A DNA stretch of 64,000 nt from Nannocystis sp. (GCF_016714285.1 NZ_JADJNN010000008.1:4669-68668), one strand, 5' to 3'; numbered from the stretch's first letter, positions 46,125 to 56,270 are shown. The notes: generated by a model not told the origin, from the sequence alone. Translations and numbers: made by a program.

Positions 46125-48041
46125 TCACGCATCCTCCGCGGGGGCCTCGTTGGCGGCGGAGCTGTCCTCCGGGACAGCCGGACGCGTGCTGTCCTCCGGG
46201 ACAGCCGCGGACGCGTGCTCGGCGGAGCTGTCCTCCGGGACAGCCGCGGACGCGTGCTCGGCGGAGCTGTCCTCCGGGACAGCCGCGGACGCGTGCTCGG
46301 CGGAGCTGTCCTCCGGGACAGCCGCGCGCGCGCGCTCGACGACGCCGCGCTCCCACAGCTGCTCGTCGATCGCGCGCATGAGGGCCGCGGTGCTGCGGCG
46401 CTCGTTGGCGCTGATGAAGTAGGTGTGGCGGTCGGCGTCGGCGCGGCGGTGGTTGAGCTCGTCGGGGCCCAGGCGGTCGATCTTGTTGTAGACCCACAGG
46501 CGGGGCACGGCGCCGGCACCGATCTCGCCGAGGATCGCCTCGACGGTGGCGCGCTGCTGGTCCTGGTCGGGGTCGCTGGCGTCGACGACGACGAGCAGGA
46601 GGTCGGCCTCGGCGACCTCCTCGAGGGTGGCGGAGAAGGCCTGGACGAGCGCGGGGGGGAGGTCGCGGATGAAGCCGACGGTGTCGAGGAGGACGACCTC
46701 GTAGTCCTTGGGGAAGCGGATCCTGCGGACGCTGGGGTCGAGGGTGGCGAACAGCTTGTCCTCGGCGACGACGGCGCTGTCGGTGACGGTGTTGAGCAGG
46801 CTGCTCTTGCCGGCGTTGGTGTAGCCGACGATCGCGACCACGGGCACGCCGGTGCGCCGACGCAGGGCCCGACGCTGGTCGCGGCGCTGCTTGAGCGCGA
46901 GCAGGCGGCGCTCGAGGTCGTGGATGCGCTCCTTGGCGCGGCGGCGGTCGATCTCGAGTTTGGTCTCGCCGGGGCCGCGACCACCGATGCCGCCGGCGAG
47001 CCGCGACATGGCGGTGCCGTGGCCGATCATCCGCGGCAGGAGGTAGCGCAGCTGGGCCAGCTCGACCTGCAGCTTGCCGTCGGCCGAGGTGGCGTGCTGG
47101 GCGAAGATGTCGAGGATGAGGGTGGTGCGGTCGATGACCTTGAGGTCGGTGCGCTCGCCGATCTCGCGGGCCTGCGAGGGGGTGAGGTCGGGGTCGCAGA
47201 TCAGGAGCTCGACGTCCTGGGCGAGGGCCCGCACGAGCACGTCGCGCAGCTTGCCCTGGCCGAAGAAGGTGCGCGGGTCGGGGCCGGGGCGGCGCTGGGT
47301 GGCGAGGTCGACTAAGTGGAGGCCGTCGGTGCGGCACAGCTCGCGCAGCTCCTGCTCGCGGGCGTGCAGCTCGGGGCCCTCGCCCTGGTGGATCATGAGG
47401 GCCATGGCGCGGGTGCCCTGCGACTCGGCGCGCGCGCCCGCGGTGGCGGCGACGAGGCCGGCCTCGAGGTCGCGGATGAAGCCGAGGAAGTCGGAGGGCA
47501 TGTCCGCGGCGGGCCGCATGCCGGTGGTGTGGCCGGGGTCGTCGTCGTCGCGGGCGAGCACGCCGAGCGGGACGCGCGGGAAGCCGCGCACGACGAAGAT
47601 GTCCTTTGAGCCAGGTTGTGGCGGGGCCAGGCTGGCGAGGTCGATCTGGACGCCGGCGGGGCCGGTGTGGATCGCGGCGAGGAGGTCGAGGCGCAGCTTG
47701 GCGAGGTCGGCGAGCTCCTCGCGGGTCGGCGGGTCGGGGACCAGGTGGGTGAGGACCAGCCGGACGCCGCGCAGGCGGCCGCCCTGGCCGCGCACGCGGG
47801 TGAACTCCGGGAGGGCGAGGCTGTGGGCGTCGCCGAGGATGACGCGCTGCACGCGGCCGCGGCGGTCGATGAAGAGGCCGAGCTGGCGGTTGAGCTGGTG
47901 CGAGAGCTCGAGCAGGTCGCGCGCGAGCACGGCCGAGATGACGCTCGTCGGCGGGACCTGGCGCGCGCCGAGCCGCTGCAGCGCGCGGGCCTGGCTGCTC
48001 TTGAGGTTCGCCGTGTCGCCGTGGACGATCGGGTCGCTCAC
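46125..48041 (-). CDS. hflX: GTPase HflX with N-terminal extension and C-terminal AAVPEDSSAEHAS tandem-repeat tail
   Basis: GTG 48041 overlaps the stop of the upstream gene (GTGA). HflX N-domain and G-domain motifs (GYTNAGKSSLLN, DTVGF, NKID). Five C-terminal 13-aa repeats encoded by 39-bp tandem repeats at 46160-46326. Confidence 0.9.
   Translation of the reverse strand: MSDPIVHGDTANLKSSQARALQRLGARQVPPTSVISAVLARDLLELSHQLNRQLGLFIDRRGRVQRVILGDAHSLALPEFTRVRGQGGRLRGVRLVLTHLVPDPPTREELADLAKLRLDLLAAIHTGPAGVQIDLASLAPPQPGSKDIFVVRGFPRVPLGVLARDDDDPGHTTGMRPAADMPSDFLGFIRDLEAGLVAATAGARAESQGTRAMALMIHQGEGPELHAREQELRELCRTDGLHLVDLATQRRPGPDPRTFFGQGKLRDVLVRALAQDVELLICDPDLTPSQAREIGERTDLKVIDRTTLILDIFAQHATSADGKLQVELAQLRYLLPRMIGHGTAMSRLAGGIGGRGPGETKLEIDRRRAKERIHDLERRLLALKQRRDQRRALRRRTGVPVVAIVGYTNAGKSSLLNTVTDSAVVAEDKLFATLDPSVRRIRFPKDYEVVLLDTVGFIRDLPPALVQAFSATLEEVAEADLLLVVVDASDPDQDQQRATVEAILGEIGAGAVPRLWVYNKIDRLGPDELNHRRADADRHTYFISANERRSTAALMRAIDEQLWERGVVERARAAVPEDSSAEHASAAVPEDSSAEHASAAVPEDSSAEHASAAVPEDSTRPAVPEDSSAANEAPAEDA
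46160..46326. repeat. five tandem ~39-bp repeats each containing the perfect palindrome GCTGTCC-TCCG-GGACAGC, inside the 3' end of hflX
   Basis: Read directly (gagctgtcctccgggacagccgcggacgcgtgctcggcg x5). Confidence 0.9.
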
Positions 48042-49996
48042 GAGGCGTCGCTGTCGCCGGTGTCAAGCACGCGCAGGGCCACGGCGAGGGCCTGCTGGGC
48101 GTGCAGCGCGGCCTCGCGGCGGCGGTGGAGCCCAGCCTCGGCGCGCTCGAGGTTGCCGGTCAGGTCGTCCTGGATCGCGACGAGCTCGCGGATCCTGGCG
48201 GCGGCCTCGTCGGCCTGGCTCTGGGCCTGGTCGGCGGCGATGTCGGCGGCCTGCTGGAGGCGCTGGATCTCGGCGCGGGCGTGGGCCTCGGCGGTGGCGA
48301 GGTTGTGGGTGAGGCGCTGGATCTCGGCGCGGGCGCTGTCCTCGGTGGCGGCCAGGCTCTGGGTGAGCTGGGAGATCTGGAGGCGGGCGTTCTCCTCGGT
48401 CTCGGCGAGCAGCTGGGACATGCGCTCGCGCTCGTGCTGGGCCTGCTGCTGGGCCGCGGTGAGCTGGCGCTGGGCCTGCTGCTGGGTGTCGGCGAGCTGG
48501 CGCTGGGCCTGCTGCTGGGTGTCGGCGAGCAGGTGCTGGGCTTGCTGCTGGGTGTCGGCGAGCTCCTTCTGCAGGCCGTCGACGGTGATGCGGTGCTCCT
48601 GCGTGAGCTCGTCGATCTCGGCCTGGTGCTGATCACCGAGCGAGGCGATGGCGGCGGCGCGCTCCCTGCGGGCGGTGGCGAGGCCGTCGGCGAGCTCCTG
48701 GCGGGCCAGCTCGAGCTGCTGGGCGAGGCTCGCGGCCTGTTCGCGGGTGTTCTCGAGGTCCTCGTGGATGCCGGCGACCTGCTCCGAGAGCGCCTGCACG
48801 CGGGCGGCGAGGCCGTCGCGCTCCTGCTCGAGCTCGGCGATCTGGCTGGCCTGCGTGGCGATGTGCTGGCGGGCCTCGGTGGCGGCGGCGCCGGCCTGCT
48901 GTTGGGTCTGGGCGAGCTGCTGCTGGACGCCGGCGAGCTGGGCCTCGGTGTCCTTGAGCTTCTTGAGGGTGACCTCGAGGCGGGTCTTGAGGCCCTCCTC
49001 GCGCTTGAGCAGCGTCTGCTTGTCGCGCTGGGCGGCCTCGGCGGTCTCGCGCGAGGAGAGGACCTGCTCCTGCGAGCTGACCAGCTGGGTCTCGAGCTCG
49101 CCGAGCTGGGCCTGGAGCTCGCGGTGGTGCTTCTTGGCGTCGAGGACGGCGCGCTCACGCAGCTCGAGCTCGTCCTTGAGGGCGAGGATCTCGCGGTTCT
49201 TGGCGTTGAGCTGCGACTTGAGCTGGAGCGCCTCGCGCTGGGCCTTGAAGCCGGCGCCGGACGACTCGCCGTCGCCGACGGCGAGCTCGGGGACGGGTCC
49301 GGAGATCCGGCTGGCGCCGGAGGCCTCGCTGACGACGCCGCTGCGCGAGCGGGCCGGCGGCTCGGCGCTGCGGCGCACGGCGACGGTATGATCGTCGTCG
49401 TCGCGGAGCTCACCCGTCTGGTTGCCGCTGGTGGCGGTCAAGTTGTTGAACTCGTCGGCGAACTCGCGTTCGAACTGCTGGTGCGGGGCGGGTGGCGGGG
49501 CTCGGATGCCGGAGGGCTCGCTGAGCTCGACGTCGAGGCGGGGGCGGGCGCGGGCCTCGGGGCGGGAGATCGGGCGCGGACTCGCGGGCGCAGCGGCGGC
49601 GGCCGGGGCGGCGCGGCCGGGCTCGCCGAGGTTCAAGTACGGGCGCACGGCGGCGAGCAGGCGATCGGCGTCGACCGGGAGGCGCAGGTACTGGTCGGCG
49701 TGGGTCTTGAGGTTGCGGTGCTGCTCGATGACATCGTCGCTGGCGTTGGACGAGTAGAGCACCAGCGGGATCTTGCGCGTGTCCTCGTTGCGGCGCAGGC
49801 GGTTGCACACCGAGAAGCCGGTGGTCAGCGGCAGCTCGGCGCGCAGGAGGATGATGTCCGGCGCGGCCTGGCGGGCGACGTTGACGGCCTCCGGTCCGTT
49901 CTCCGTGACCGTGAACTCGAACCCGTACGGCGCGAGGATGCTCTTGAGGGTGGCGGGAGTCTTGCCGTCAGCGTCGATGATCAGGGCAGAGAACAC
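48038..49996 (-). CDS. response-regulator receiver domain protein with long C-terminal coiled-coil (FrzS/AglZ-like architecture)
   Basis: GTG 49996 (VFSALIIDADGKTPATLKSILAPYGFEFTVTENGPEAVNVARQAAPDIILLRAELPLTTGF..., a CheY-like receiver). About 450 aa of heptad-rich Q/E/A/L/R coiled-coil with internal ADTQQQAQ(H/R)(L/Q)L repeats. The upstream part of the 760-aa track ORF is Arg/Pro-rich and was rejected. Confidence 0.75.
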   Translation of the reverse strand: MFSALIIDADGKTPATLKSILAPYGFEFTVTENGPEAVNVARQAAPDIILLRAELPLTTGFSVCNRLRRNEDTRKIPLVLYSSNASDDVIEQHRNLKTHADQYLRLPVDADRLLAAVRPYLNLGEPGRAAPAAAAAPASPRPISRPEARARPRLDVELSEPSGIRAPPPAPHQQFEREFADEFNNLTATSGNQTGELRDDDDHTVAVRRSAEPPARSRSGVVSEASGASRISGPVPELAVGDGESSGAGFKAQREALQLKSQLNAKNREILALKDELELRERAVLDAKKHHRELQAQLGELETQLVSSQEQVLSSRETAEAAQRDKQTLLKREEGLKTRLEVTLKKLKDTEAQLAGVQQQLAQTQQQAGAAATEARQHIATQASQIAELEQERDGLAARVQALSEQVAGIHEDLENTREQAASLAQQLELARQELADGLATARRERAAAIASLGDQHQAEIDELTQEHRITVDGLQKELADTQQQAQHLLADTQQQAQRQLADTQQQAQRQLTAAQQQAQHERERMSQLLAETEENARLQISQLTQSLAATEDSARAEIQRLTHNLATAEAHARAEIQRLQQAADIAADQAQSQADEAAARIRELVAIQDDLTGNLERAEAGLHRRREAALHAQQALAVALRVLDTGDSDAS

Positions 49997-50466
49997 GGGC
50001 GGCAGGTTATCCGACCTGCCGGTGCTGTGACCAGAGGCGCGCCGAAAGTCGAGGCGGGGTGGGGCGCGGGGGGCGGGTCGTGGGGTGCAGGGCCGGGCTG
50101 TCGGGGCGGGTCCTGGGCCAGGAGCAATTGCTGGCCAGGCGCGGCGTTGCTGGCCATGGCGGGGCGCGGGGCGATTTGGCGCATGATGAACGGTCGCGGG
50201 TGCGGGAGTTGCCGGGCCGGGGGCCGCGTCGGATCGGGCCGGGACCGGAGCCAGACCTCCGGACCTCGCCGCGTCGACGAGCCGGGCGCGGCGGGTGTCG
50301 GGGCCGGGCCTTTTGGACATGTTCCTTTGGACATGTCCCTTGGCGCAGGCCGTGGCGCGTGGCGACGCGCGTGTGTCCAGAGCGGCGGGCCGACGCGCGG
50401 CGGCGTGGCTTGACCGGGGTCGGCGGTCTGGCTACGAAGGATCGGTTTTTGGCGGGAGGTGCTGCG

Positions 50467-51792
50467 ATGGGCGTGCGTCATTGGTCGGTGTTGGTGTCCC
50501 TCACGGTGGGCAGCGCGGGGCTGCTGGTGGCGCATCCGTTGCTCGCTGCGCCGCAGCTCAAGAAGACGACGCCGCAGGTCGCAGTGCAGCCCGCGCGCAA
50601 GCTGGAACCGGCGCCGGGGACCGGGGGCGGGCGCTTCGTCACGTTGCCGCAAGCGGGCGGCCCGGTGGTGCGAGACAACCAGACCGGGCGCATGTGGCTG
50701 CGGGCGCCGGCGACCAGCAAGTACGGGTTCGCGGCGGCGAAGGCCGCGTGCGATGCGAAGGTTGTCGGGGGCCACGACGACTGGCGGCTGCCTCGCATCG
50801 AGGAGCTCAAGGGTTTGCTGTCCGGACCGGTGGAGGCGCCGCTGCCGGCGGGGCACCCGTTCACCGTGACCGGGACGTACTGGTCGTCGACCGAGACCTC
50901 GGACACAGGGGCGCTGCAGATCCTGGTCTTCAACGGCAACATGTTCCACGACATGAAGACCAGCGAGCTCGGGGCGTGGTGCGTGCGCGGCGGGGGCGAC
51001 ACCTCGTACCCGAACAGCAACCCGCGCTTCCACGTGATCGGGGCGGATGTCGAGGACGCGCAGACAGGGCGGCTGTGGAAGCGGCAGCCGACCGGGATCG
51101 GTGGCTGGCACGCGGCCCGGATCGAGTGCCGGGCGCACGGGGCGGGCTGGCGGCTGCCGACGATCGCCGAGCTGACGGGGCTGCTCGACATGAACGCGGC
51201 GGAGACCAAGCTACCGGCGGGGCACCCGTTCCTCAACGCGTGGGCGCCCTATGATCAGCGGCAGATGTGGTCGAACGACTCGAGCAGCATCAGCGCCGCG
51301 GCGACGCTGCGCTTCGCGGACGGCGTGGTCGGCGGGGCCGACAAGGCGGCGTCCGACGGGATGAGTCGCTGCATCAAGATGGACCTCGGCGCGGCCTGGC
51401 CGGTCGGTCCGGTGGGTCGCTTCGCGCTGCGCCTCGGCGACGCGGCGGTGCTCGACCAGGAGACGCGGCTGCTGTGGGAGCGCGCGCCGGCGGCGAGCGG
51501 CGTGCAGTACCCCGACGCGGCGGCGGCGTGCGCGGGCAAGTCGATCGCCGGGGTCGGCGGGTGGCGGCTGCCGACGCTCGTCGAGATCACGACGCTGATC
51601 GACTACAACATCTCGAGCGGGGCCAAGCTGCCGGCGGGGCACCCCTTCGTCGGCATCGTCACGGGCGACTACTGGACGACCACGCCGCACACCTCGGACA
51701 TGAAGACGCTGGACCTCGGCAACGGGCTGCCGGGGCACATGTCGCAGATGGGCGGGCACCTCTACGGCTGGTGCGTGCGCGCCGAGCCGTGA
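50467..51792 (+). CDS. secreted protein with three DUF1566 (Lcl C-terminal-like) repeats
   Basis: ATG 50467, signal peptide. Three repeats of the pattern WRLP(T/R)I(E/A)EL..L.......LP.GHPF....YW(S/T)(S/T)T. Recognised from memory of PF07603. Confidence 0.7.
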   Translation: MGVRHWSVLVSLTVGSAGLLVAHPLLAAPQLKKTTPQVAVQPARKLEPAPGTGGGRFVTLPQAGGPVVRDNQTGRMWLRAPATSKYGFAAAKAACDAKVVGGHDDWRLPRIEELKGLLSGPVEAPLPAGHPFTVTGTYWSSTETSDTGALQILVFNGNMFHDMKTSELGAWCVRGGGDTSYPNSNPRFHVIGADVEDAQTGRLWKRQPTGIGGWHAARIECRAHGAGWRLPTIAELTGLLDMNAAETKLPAGHPFLNAWAPYDQRQMWSNDSSSISAAATLRFADGVVGGADKAASDGMSRCIKMDLGAAWPVGPVGRFALRLGDAAVLDQETRLLWERAPAASGVQYPDAAAACAGKSIAGVGGWRLPTLVEITTLIDYNISSGAKLPAGHPFVGIVTGDYWTTTPHTSDMKTLDLGNGLPGHMSQMGGHLYGWCVRAEP

Positions 51793-51857
51793 CGGCTGGT
51801 GCGTGCGCGCCGGGCCGTGGTGTGCGCGCCGAGCCGTGACGGTCCTTGTGCGGGGGC

Positions 51858-52733
51858 TCAGCGCGGGCGCTCGGCGTCGCGGAGGGCGTGGCCGAGGCTG
51901 AGCAGCAGCATGTACTCACGGGCGTCGCGCAGGGTCTGTTCGTCGCCGCTGCTGAGGGTGTGGCGGACGCCGTCGGACTCGAAGGCGACGGCGGGCCGGC
52001 CCTGGACCTGGCCGAGCCAGTAGCTGCGGCCGCGGTACTCGTGGGCGCGGCTCGGCCCGGGCTGCTCGGCGCCGGCGGGCCCCCTGGCGGGCCCCCTGGC
52101 GGGCCCCCTGGCGGGCTGATGGCGATCGAGCACCAGGCGGGCGCCGACGCGGCGCTTGACGATGACGGAGCGGGCCTCGCCGAGCTCGGGGTTGTCCCCC
52201 GGGAGGGCCGCGCCGACCAGGCGCACGCCGGCGGCGGGGCGTTCGCCCGGAGCTTCGGCGCCGACGATCAGCGGGGCGGCGGTCGCCACGGTGCTCGCGG
52301 CGGTGGCGACGGTCGGGCTGGCCTCGAGGACATGTCTCTCGGTTCCTGTCCGCGTGACCAGGAAGAGGGCGAGGGCGGTGGCGCCGGCGGGGACCATGAC
52401 GGCGGCGCCGCGGAGGAAGCTGCGCAGGCGGGCGGCGAGGCCCGGGCGGAGCTCACCGGCGGGGCGGAGCTCGGCCTCGGCGGCGTGCTCGCGGTCGACG
52501 GCGTCGAGCTCGAGCAGGACGCGGGCCTGCAGCGCCTGCGGGGCTGGCTCTCGGGACATGTCCCGGAGGACCTGGCGGACGGTTCGTTGCTCGTCGACCA
52601 TGTCCCGAAGGACAGGATCTTCGGCGAGCACGGCCTCGACCCGGGCGCGCTCGGCGGGCCCGAGCTCGTCGTCGACGAAGGGCTGGATGAGGGCGATGAG
52701 GCTGTCGCTGGCGGACTTGGCTTCGGGGCTCAT
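51858..52733 (-). CDS. putative anti-sigma factor (membrane-spanning)
   Basis: ATG 52733 overlaps the stop of the ECF sigma gene (ATGA). N-terminal anti-sigma-like helix (LIALIQPFVDDELGPAERARVEAVLAEDPVLRDMV). Central TM helix (AAVMVPAGATALALFLV). 291 aa. Confidence 0.6.
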   Translation of the reverse strand: MSPEAKSASDSLIALIQPFVDDELGPAERARVEAVLAEDPVLRDMVDEQRTVRQVLRDMSREPAPQALQARVLLELDAVDREHAAEAELRPAGELRPGLAARLRSFLRGAAVMVPAGATALALFLVTRTGTERHVLEASPTVATAASTVATAAPLIVGAEAPGERPAAGVRLVGAALPGDNPELGEARSVIVKRRVGARLVLDRHQPARGPARGPARGPAGAEQPGPSRAHEYRGRSYWLGQVQGRPAVAFESDGVRHTLSSGDEQTLRDAREYMLLLSLGHALRDAERPR

Positions 52734-53380
52734 GCTTGACCTCGCTTGCGGTACGCGGCGAGCGACACGGGCGGCTCGGCCTTTGCCTCCACGACCAGGC
52801 CGGCCTCGACGGCGGCGGGGTAGAGGAGGGTGTGGAGCTGGCGGCGGCCGCGGTAGATGCGGCTCATGACGGTGCCGATCGGGCACTCCATGACCTCGGC
52901 GATCTCCTTGTAGGAGAGGCCCTCGATGTCGGCGAGGGCGACGGCCATGCGGTAGTCCGGGGGGAGCTGCTGGAGGGCGGCGTCGATGCGCTCGCGGGTG
53001 CCGAGGCGGCCGAGGGCCTGCTCCGGGGTGAGCATGTGGGCGGGGGCGGGGCCGCAGGCGCCGTCGTCGTCGGCGCTCTCGTGGTGGACGGCGAGCGCAC
53101 CGTTGGCGATGCGGTCGCGGTTGGCGGTGTGATAGCGGGTGATGAAGGTGTTGCGCACGATGGTGAAGAGCCACGAGCGGACGCTCGTGCCGGGCTTGAA
53201 GCTGGCCCAGAAGCGGTAGGCGCGGACCATGACGTCCTGCGCGAGATCTTCGGCCTCGGCCCGGCTCCGGGTCAGGCGGAGGGCCATGCCGAAGACGCGG
53301 TCCAGCTGGGGGAGGACCGTGTCCTCGAAGGCGCGACGAGCAGCGGCGTCCATGCGGGGGTCGGAACCGGAGGGGGTCAT
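52730..53380 (-). CDS. ECF-family RNA polymerase sigma-70 factor
   Basis: Region 2 (LAQDVMVRAYRFWASF...SWLFTIVRNTFITRY) and region 4 (IEGLSYKEIAEVMECPIGTVMSRIYRGRRQL) motifs. Confidence 0.9.
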   Translation of the reverse strand: MTPSGSDPRMDAAARRAFEDTVLPQLDRVFGMALRLTRSRAEAEDLAQDVMVRAYRFWASFKPGTSVRSWLFTIVRNTFITRYHTANRDRIANGALAVHHESADDDGACGPAPAHMLTPEQALGRLGTRERIDAALQQLPPDYRMAVALADIEGLSYKEIAEVMECPIGTVMSRIYRGRRQLHTLLYPAAVEAGLVVEAKAEPPVSLAAYRKRGQA

Positions 53381-53498
53381 GGGCTATTCCCGTGCGCTTT
53401 CTCGTGTTCCTCGAGCGGTGTCGGAGCGGGGGTGGAGCGGCGGTCCGCGGGGGCAGGCGCGCCATCACGGGGTCCGGGGCGAGTATGTTCTCGCCGCG

Positions 53499-54953
53499 AT
53501 GACCACGCGACCGTCCGTCACGGAGCCCGAGGCAACATACACGAGCCCGCTCGGCCAGCGCTACGCCACGCCGGCGATGCTGGCCAACTTCTCGGACCGG
53601 CGCCGGGTGCTGCTGTGGCGCGACCTGTGGATCGCCCTGGCGGAGGCCGAGCGGGGGCTCGGGCTGCCGATCTCGGCGGCGCAGGTCGAGGCGCTGCGGG
53701 CCGCTCGCGAGCAGATCGACATGGGCCGGGTCGCCGAGCTCGAGGCCCGCCTGCGTCACGACGTGATGGCGCACGTGCACCACTTCGGCGAGGTGGCGGG
53801 GGCGGACGCGGCGAAGATCATCCACCTCGGGGCGACCAGCTGCTTCGTCACCGACAACGCGGAGCTGGTGATGATCCGGGCCGGGCTCGAGCTGGTGATG
53901 GACCGGCTGGTGGCGGCGCTCGAGCGGCTGGCGGAGTTCGCCCGGGCCCAGCGCGAGCAGCCCTGCCTGGCCTTCACGCACTTCCAGCCGGCCCAGCTGA
54001 CGACGGTCGGGAAGCGGGCCTGCCTGTGGGCGCAGGACCTGGGCCTCGACCTCGAGACGATCGCGGCGCTGTGCGAGCGCCTGCCGCTGCGCGGGGTGAA
54101 GGGGACGACGGGGACGCAGGCGTCGTTCCTCGGGCTGTTCGCGGGCGACCACGCGAAGGTCCGCGAGCTCGATCGACGGGTCTGCGCGGCGATGGGCTTC
54201 GCCAAGTCGATCGCGGTGAGCGGGCAGACCTACACGCGCAAGCTCGACACCTGGGTGGTGTCGGCGCTGGCCGACGTGTGCGGCTCGGCGGCCAAGCTGG
54301 CGACCGACCTGCGCCTGCTGGCGCACAAGCGGGAGGTCGACGAGCCCTTCGAGGCGCACCAGGTCGGGTCGTCGGCGATGGCGTACAAGCGCAACCCGAT
54401 GCGCAGCGAACGGATCTGCAGCCTGGCGCGCTTCGTCCACTCGCTGGCGAGCAGCCCGCGCGAGACGCACGCGAATCAGTGGTTCGAGCGCACCCTCGAC
54501 GACAGCGCGAACCGGCGGCTGGTGATCACGGAGGCGTTCCTGGCGACCGACGCGGTGCTGAACCTGGTGGTCGACGTGTGCGGCGGGCTGATCGTCCACC
54601 CGGCGGTGATCGCCGCCAACATGCGCGACGAGCTGCCGTTCATGGCGACCGAGGACGTGATCATGCGCGGGACGGCGGCGGGGGCGAGCCGGCAGGCGTT
54701 GCACGAGGCGGTGCGCACGGCCAGCCTGGCGGCGGTGGCCGGCATGAAGGAGGGAGCGGGCAACGACCTGGTCGCGCGCATGCTGGCCGACCCGGAGCTG
54801 GCGCCGCACGTGAACCCGGGGGCGATCGACCCGCGGCGCTACGTCGGGCGCGCGCCGGAGCAGGTCGACGAATTTCTCGGCGAGACGCTGGGGCCGCTGC
54901 TGGCCGCACACGCGCAGCGTCGCGGTCGCTTCGTGCCGGGGGTGCGGGTCTAG
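53499..54953 (+). CDS. purB: adenylosuccinate lyase
   Basis: ATG 53499. Fumarate-lyase signature GSSAMAYKRNPMRSE. 484 aa. Length and motifs fit PurB. Confidence 0.9.
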   Translation: MTTRPSVTEPEATYTSPLGQRYATPAMLANFSDRRRVLLWRDLWIALAEAERGLGLPISAAQVEALRAAREQIDMGRVAELEARLRHDVMAHVHHFGEVAGADAAKIIHLGATSCFVTDNAELVMIRAGLELVMDRLVAALERLAEFARAQREQPCLAFTHFQPAQLTTVGKRACLWAQDLGLDLETIAALCERLPLRGVKGTTGTQASFLGLFAGDHAKVRELDRRVCAAMGFAKSIAVSGQTYTRKLDTWVVSALADVCGSAAKLATDLRLLAHKREVDEPFEAHQVGSSAMAYKRNPMRSERICSLARFVHSLASSPRETHANQWFERTLDDSANRRLVITEAFLATDAVLNLVVDVCGGLIVHPAVIAANMRDELPFMATEDVIMRGTAAGASRQALHEAVRTASLAAVAGMKEGAGNDLVARMLADPELAPHVNPGAIDPRRYVGRAPEQVDEFLGETLGPLLAAHAQRRGRFVPGVRV

Positions 54954-55017
54954 CAGCCCGGCGTTCGCGGGCTCGCGGCGGGAGAAAAAAGCGACGCTCG
55001 CCGGTTGATTCGCGCGC

Positions 55018-55289
<272 letters not shown>

Positions 55290-55305
<16 letters not shown>

Positions 55306-55370
55306 GGCTGTCCGAGGGGACAGGTTGCGGCCGGCGTACTTGATGTGAGGCTGTCCGAGCGGACAGGTCA
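55290..55370. repeat. two direct copies of TGATGTGAGGCTGTCCGAG(G/C)GGACAGGT, each with a CTGTCC-N4-GGACAG palindrome, between convergent genes whose stop codons lie in or next to the copies
   Basis: Read directly. Candidate bidirectional terminator or repeat element. Confidence 0.8.
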
Positions 55371-56270
55371 GCGGCGACGACGGAGCAGGAGGGCGAGCGG
55401 GAGCAGGAGGGCGAGCGAGGCGGGCTCGCCGGGGCTGCCGTTGCAGCCGCAGCCGCTGCTGCGCTCGGGGTCGGTGTTGATGCAGTCGCAGTCGCTGCAG
55501 TCGGGCGGGCGCAGGTCGAGGCCCGAGGCCTGCTCGAGCCAGCACAGGCCGCCGATCGGCGCGGCGTAGAAGCCGCCCTTGCCGCAGGTGTAGCCGCGCG
55601 AGGTGACGCCGGCGAGCACGTACTCGCCGCTGGCGAGCTTGGCGAAGGCGGGGCCGCCGGAGTCGCCCTGGCACGAGTCGAGGCCCATGCCGCCGGCCTG
55701 GAACTCGAGGCCGGAGCCGCTGAACTTGGTGATCGGGACGTCGACCTGGCGCTTGATGCCGGTGATGTCGCCCTCGTTGAGGCCGTAGCCGACGACGGTG
55801 ACCTTGTTGTCGACGGCCATGAGCTCGTCCCACTCGTCCTGGTCGGCGATCGGGCGCGGGAACTCGAGGATGTCGGACTGCGGCTTGGTGAGCACGAGGA
55901 AGCCGTAGTCGTGGATGTCCTCCTTGCAGCTCTTCGCGCCGCAGAACTCGGGGTCGAAGCCGATGGCGGCGACCTTGTAGACCGGGACCGGGAAGTTGAC
56001 GTCGTCGCCGCGGCGGACGGTGATGCTGCTGAGCGAGGGCTCGGACTCGAGGCAGTGGGCGGCGGTGAGGACGATGGTCGGGCTGACGAGGGTGCCGGTG
56101 CACAGCGAGCTGCCGAGGGTGATGGCGACGACCGCCGGCCAGGCGCCCGGCTCGACGACCTGGCCGCCGTAGATCGGGACGGGCGGCGGTGGGACGGCGG
56201 TGAGGGTGCCCGTGGGGGTGGCGAGGGCGATCACGGCGGCGAGCCCGGAGAGCAGCATGGCGGCCAGCAT
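55368..56270 (-). CDS. trypsin-like S1 serine protease with MYXO-CTERM sorting signal
   Basis: Catalytic triad context TAAHC, D, GDSGGP. C-terminus GCGCNGSPGEPASLALLLPLALLLRRRR (MYXO-CTERM). Confidence 0.85.
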   Translation of the reverse strand: MLAAMLLSGLAAVIALATPTGTLTAVPPPPVPIYGGQVVEPGAWPAVVAITLGSSLCTGTLVSPTIVLTAAHCLESEPSLSSITVRRGDDVNFPVPVYKVAAIGFDPEFCGAKSCKEDIHDYGFLVLTKPQSDILEFPRPIADQDEWDELMAVDNKVTVVGYGLNEGDITGIKRQVDVPITKFSGSGLEFQAGGMGLDSCQGDSGGPAFAKLASGEYVLAGVTSRGYTCGKGGFYAAPIGGLCWLEQASGLDLRPPDCSDCDCINTDPERSSGCGCNGSPGEPASLALLLPLALLLRRRR

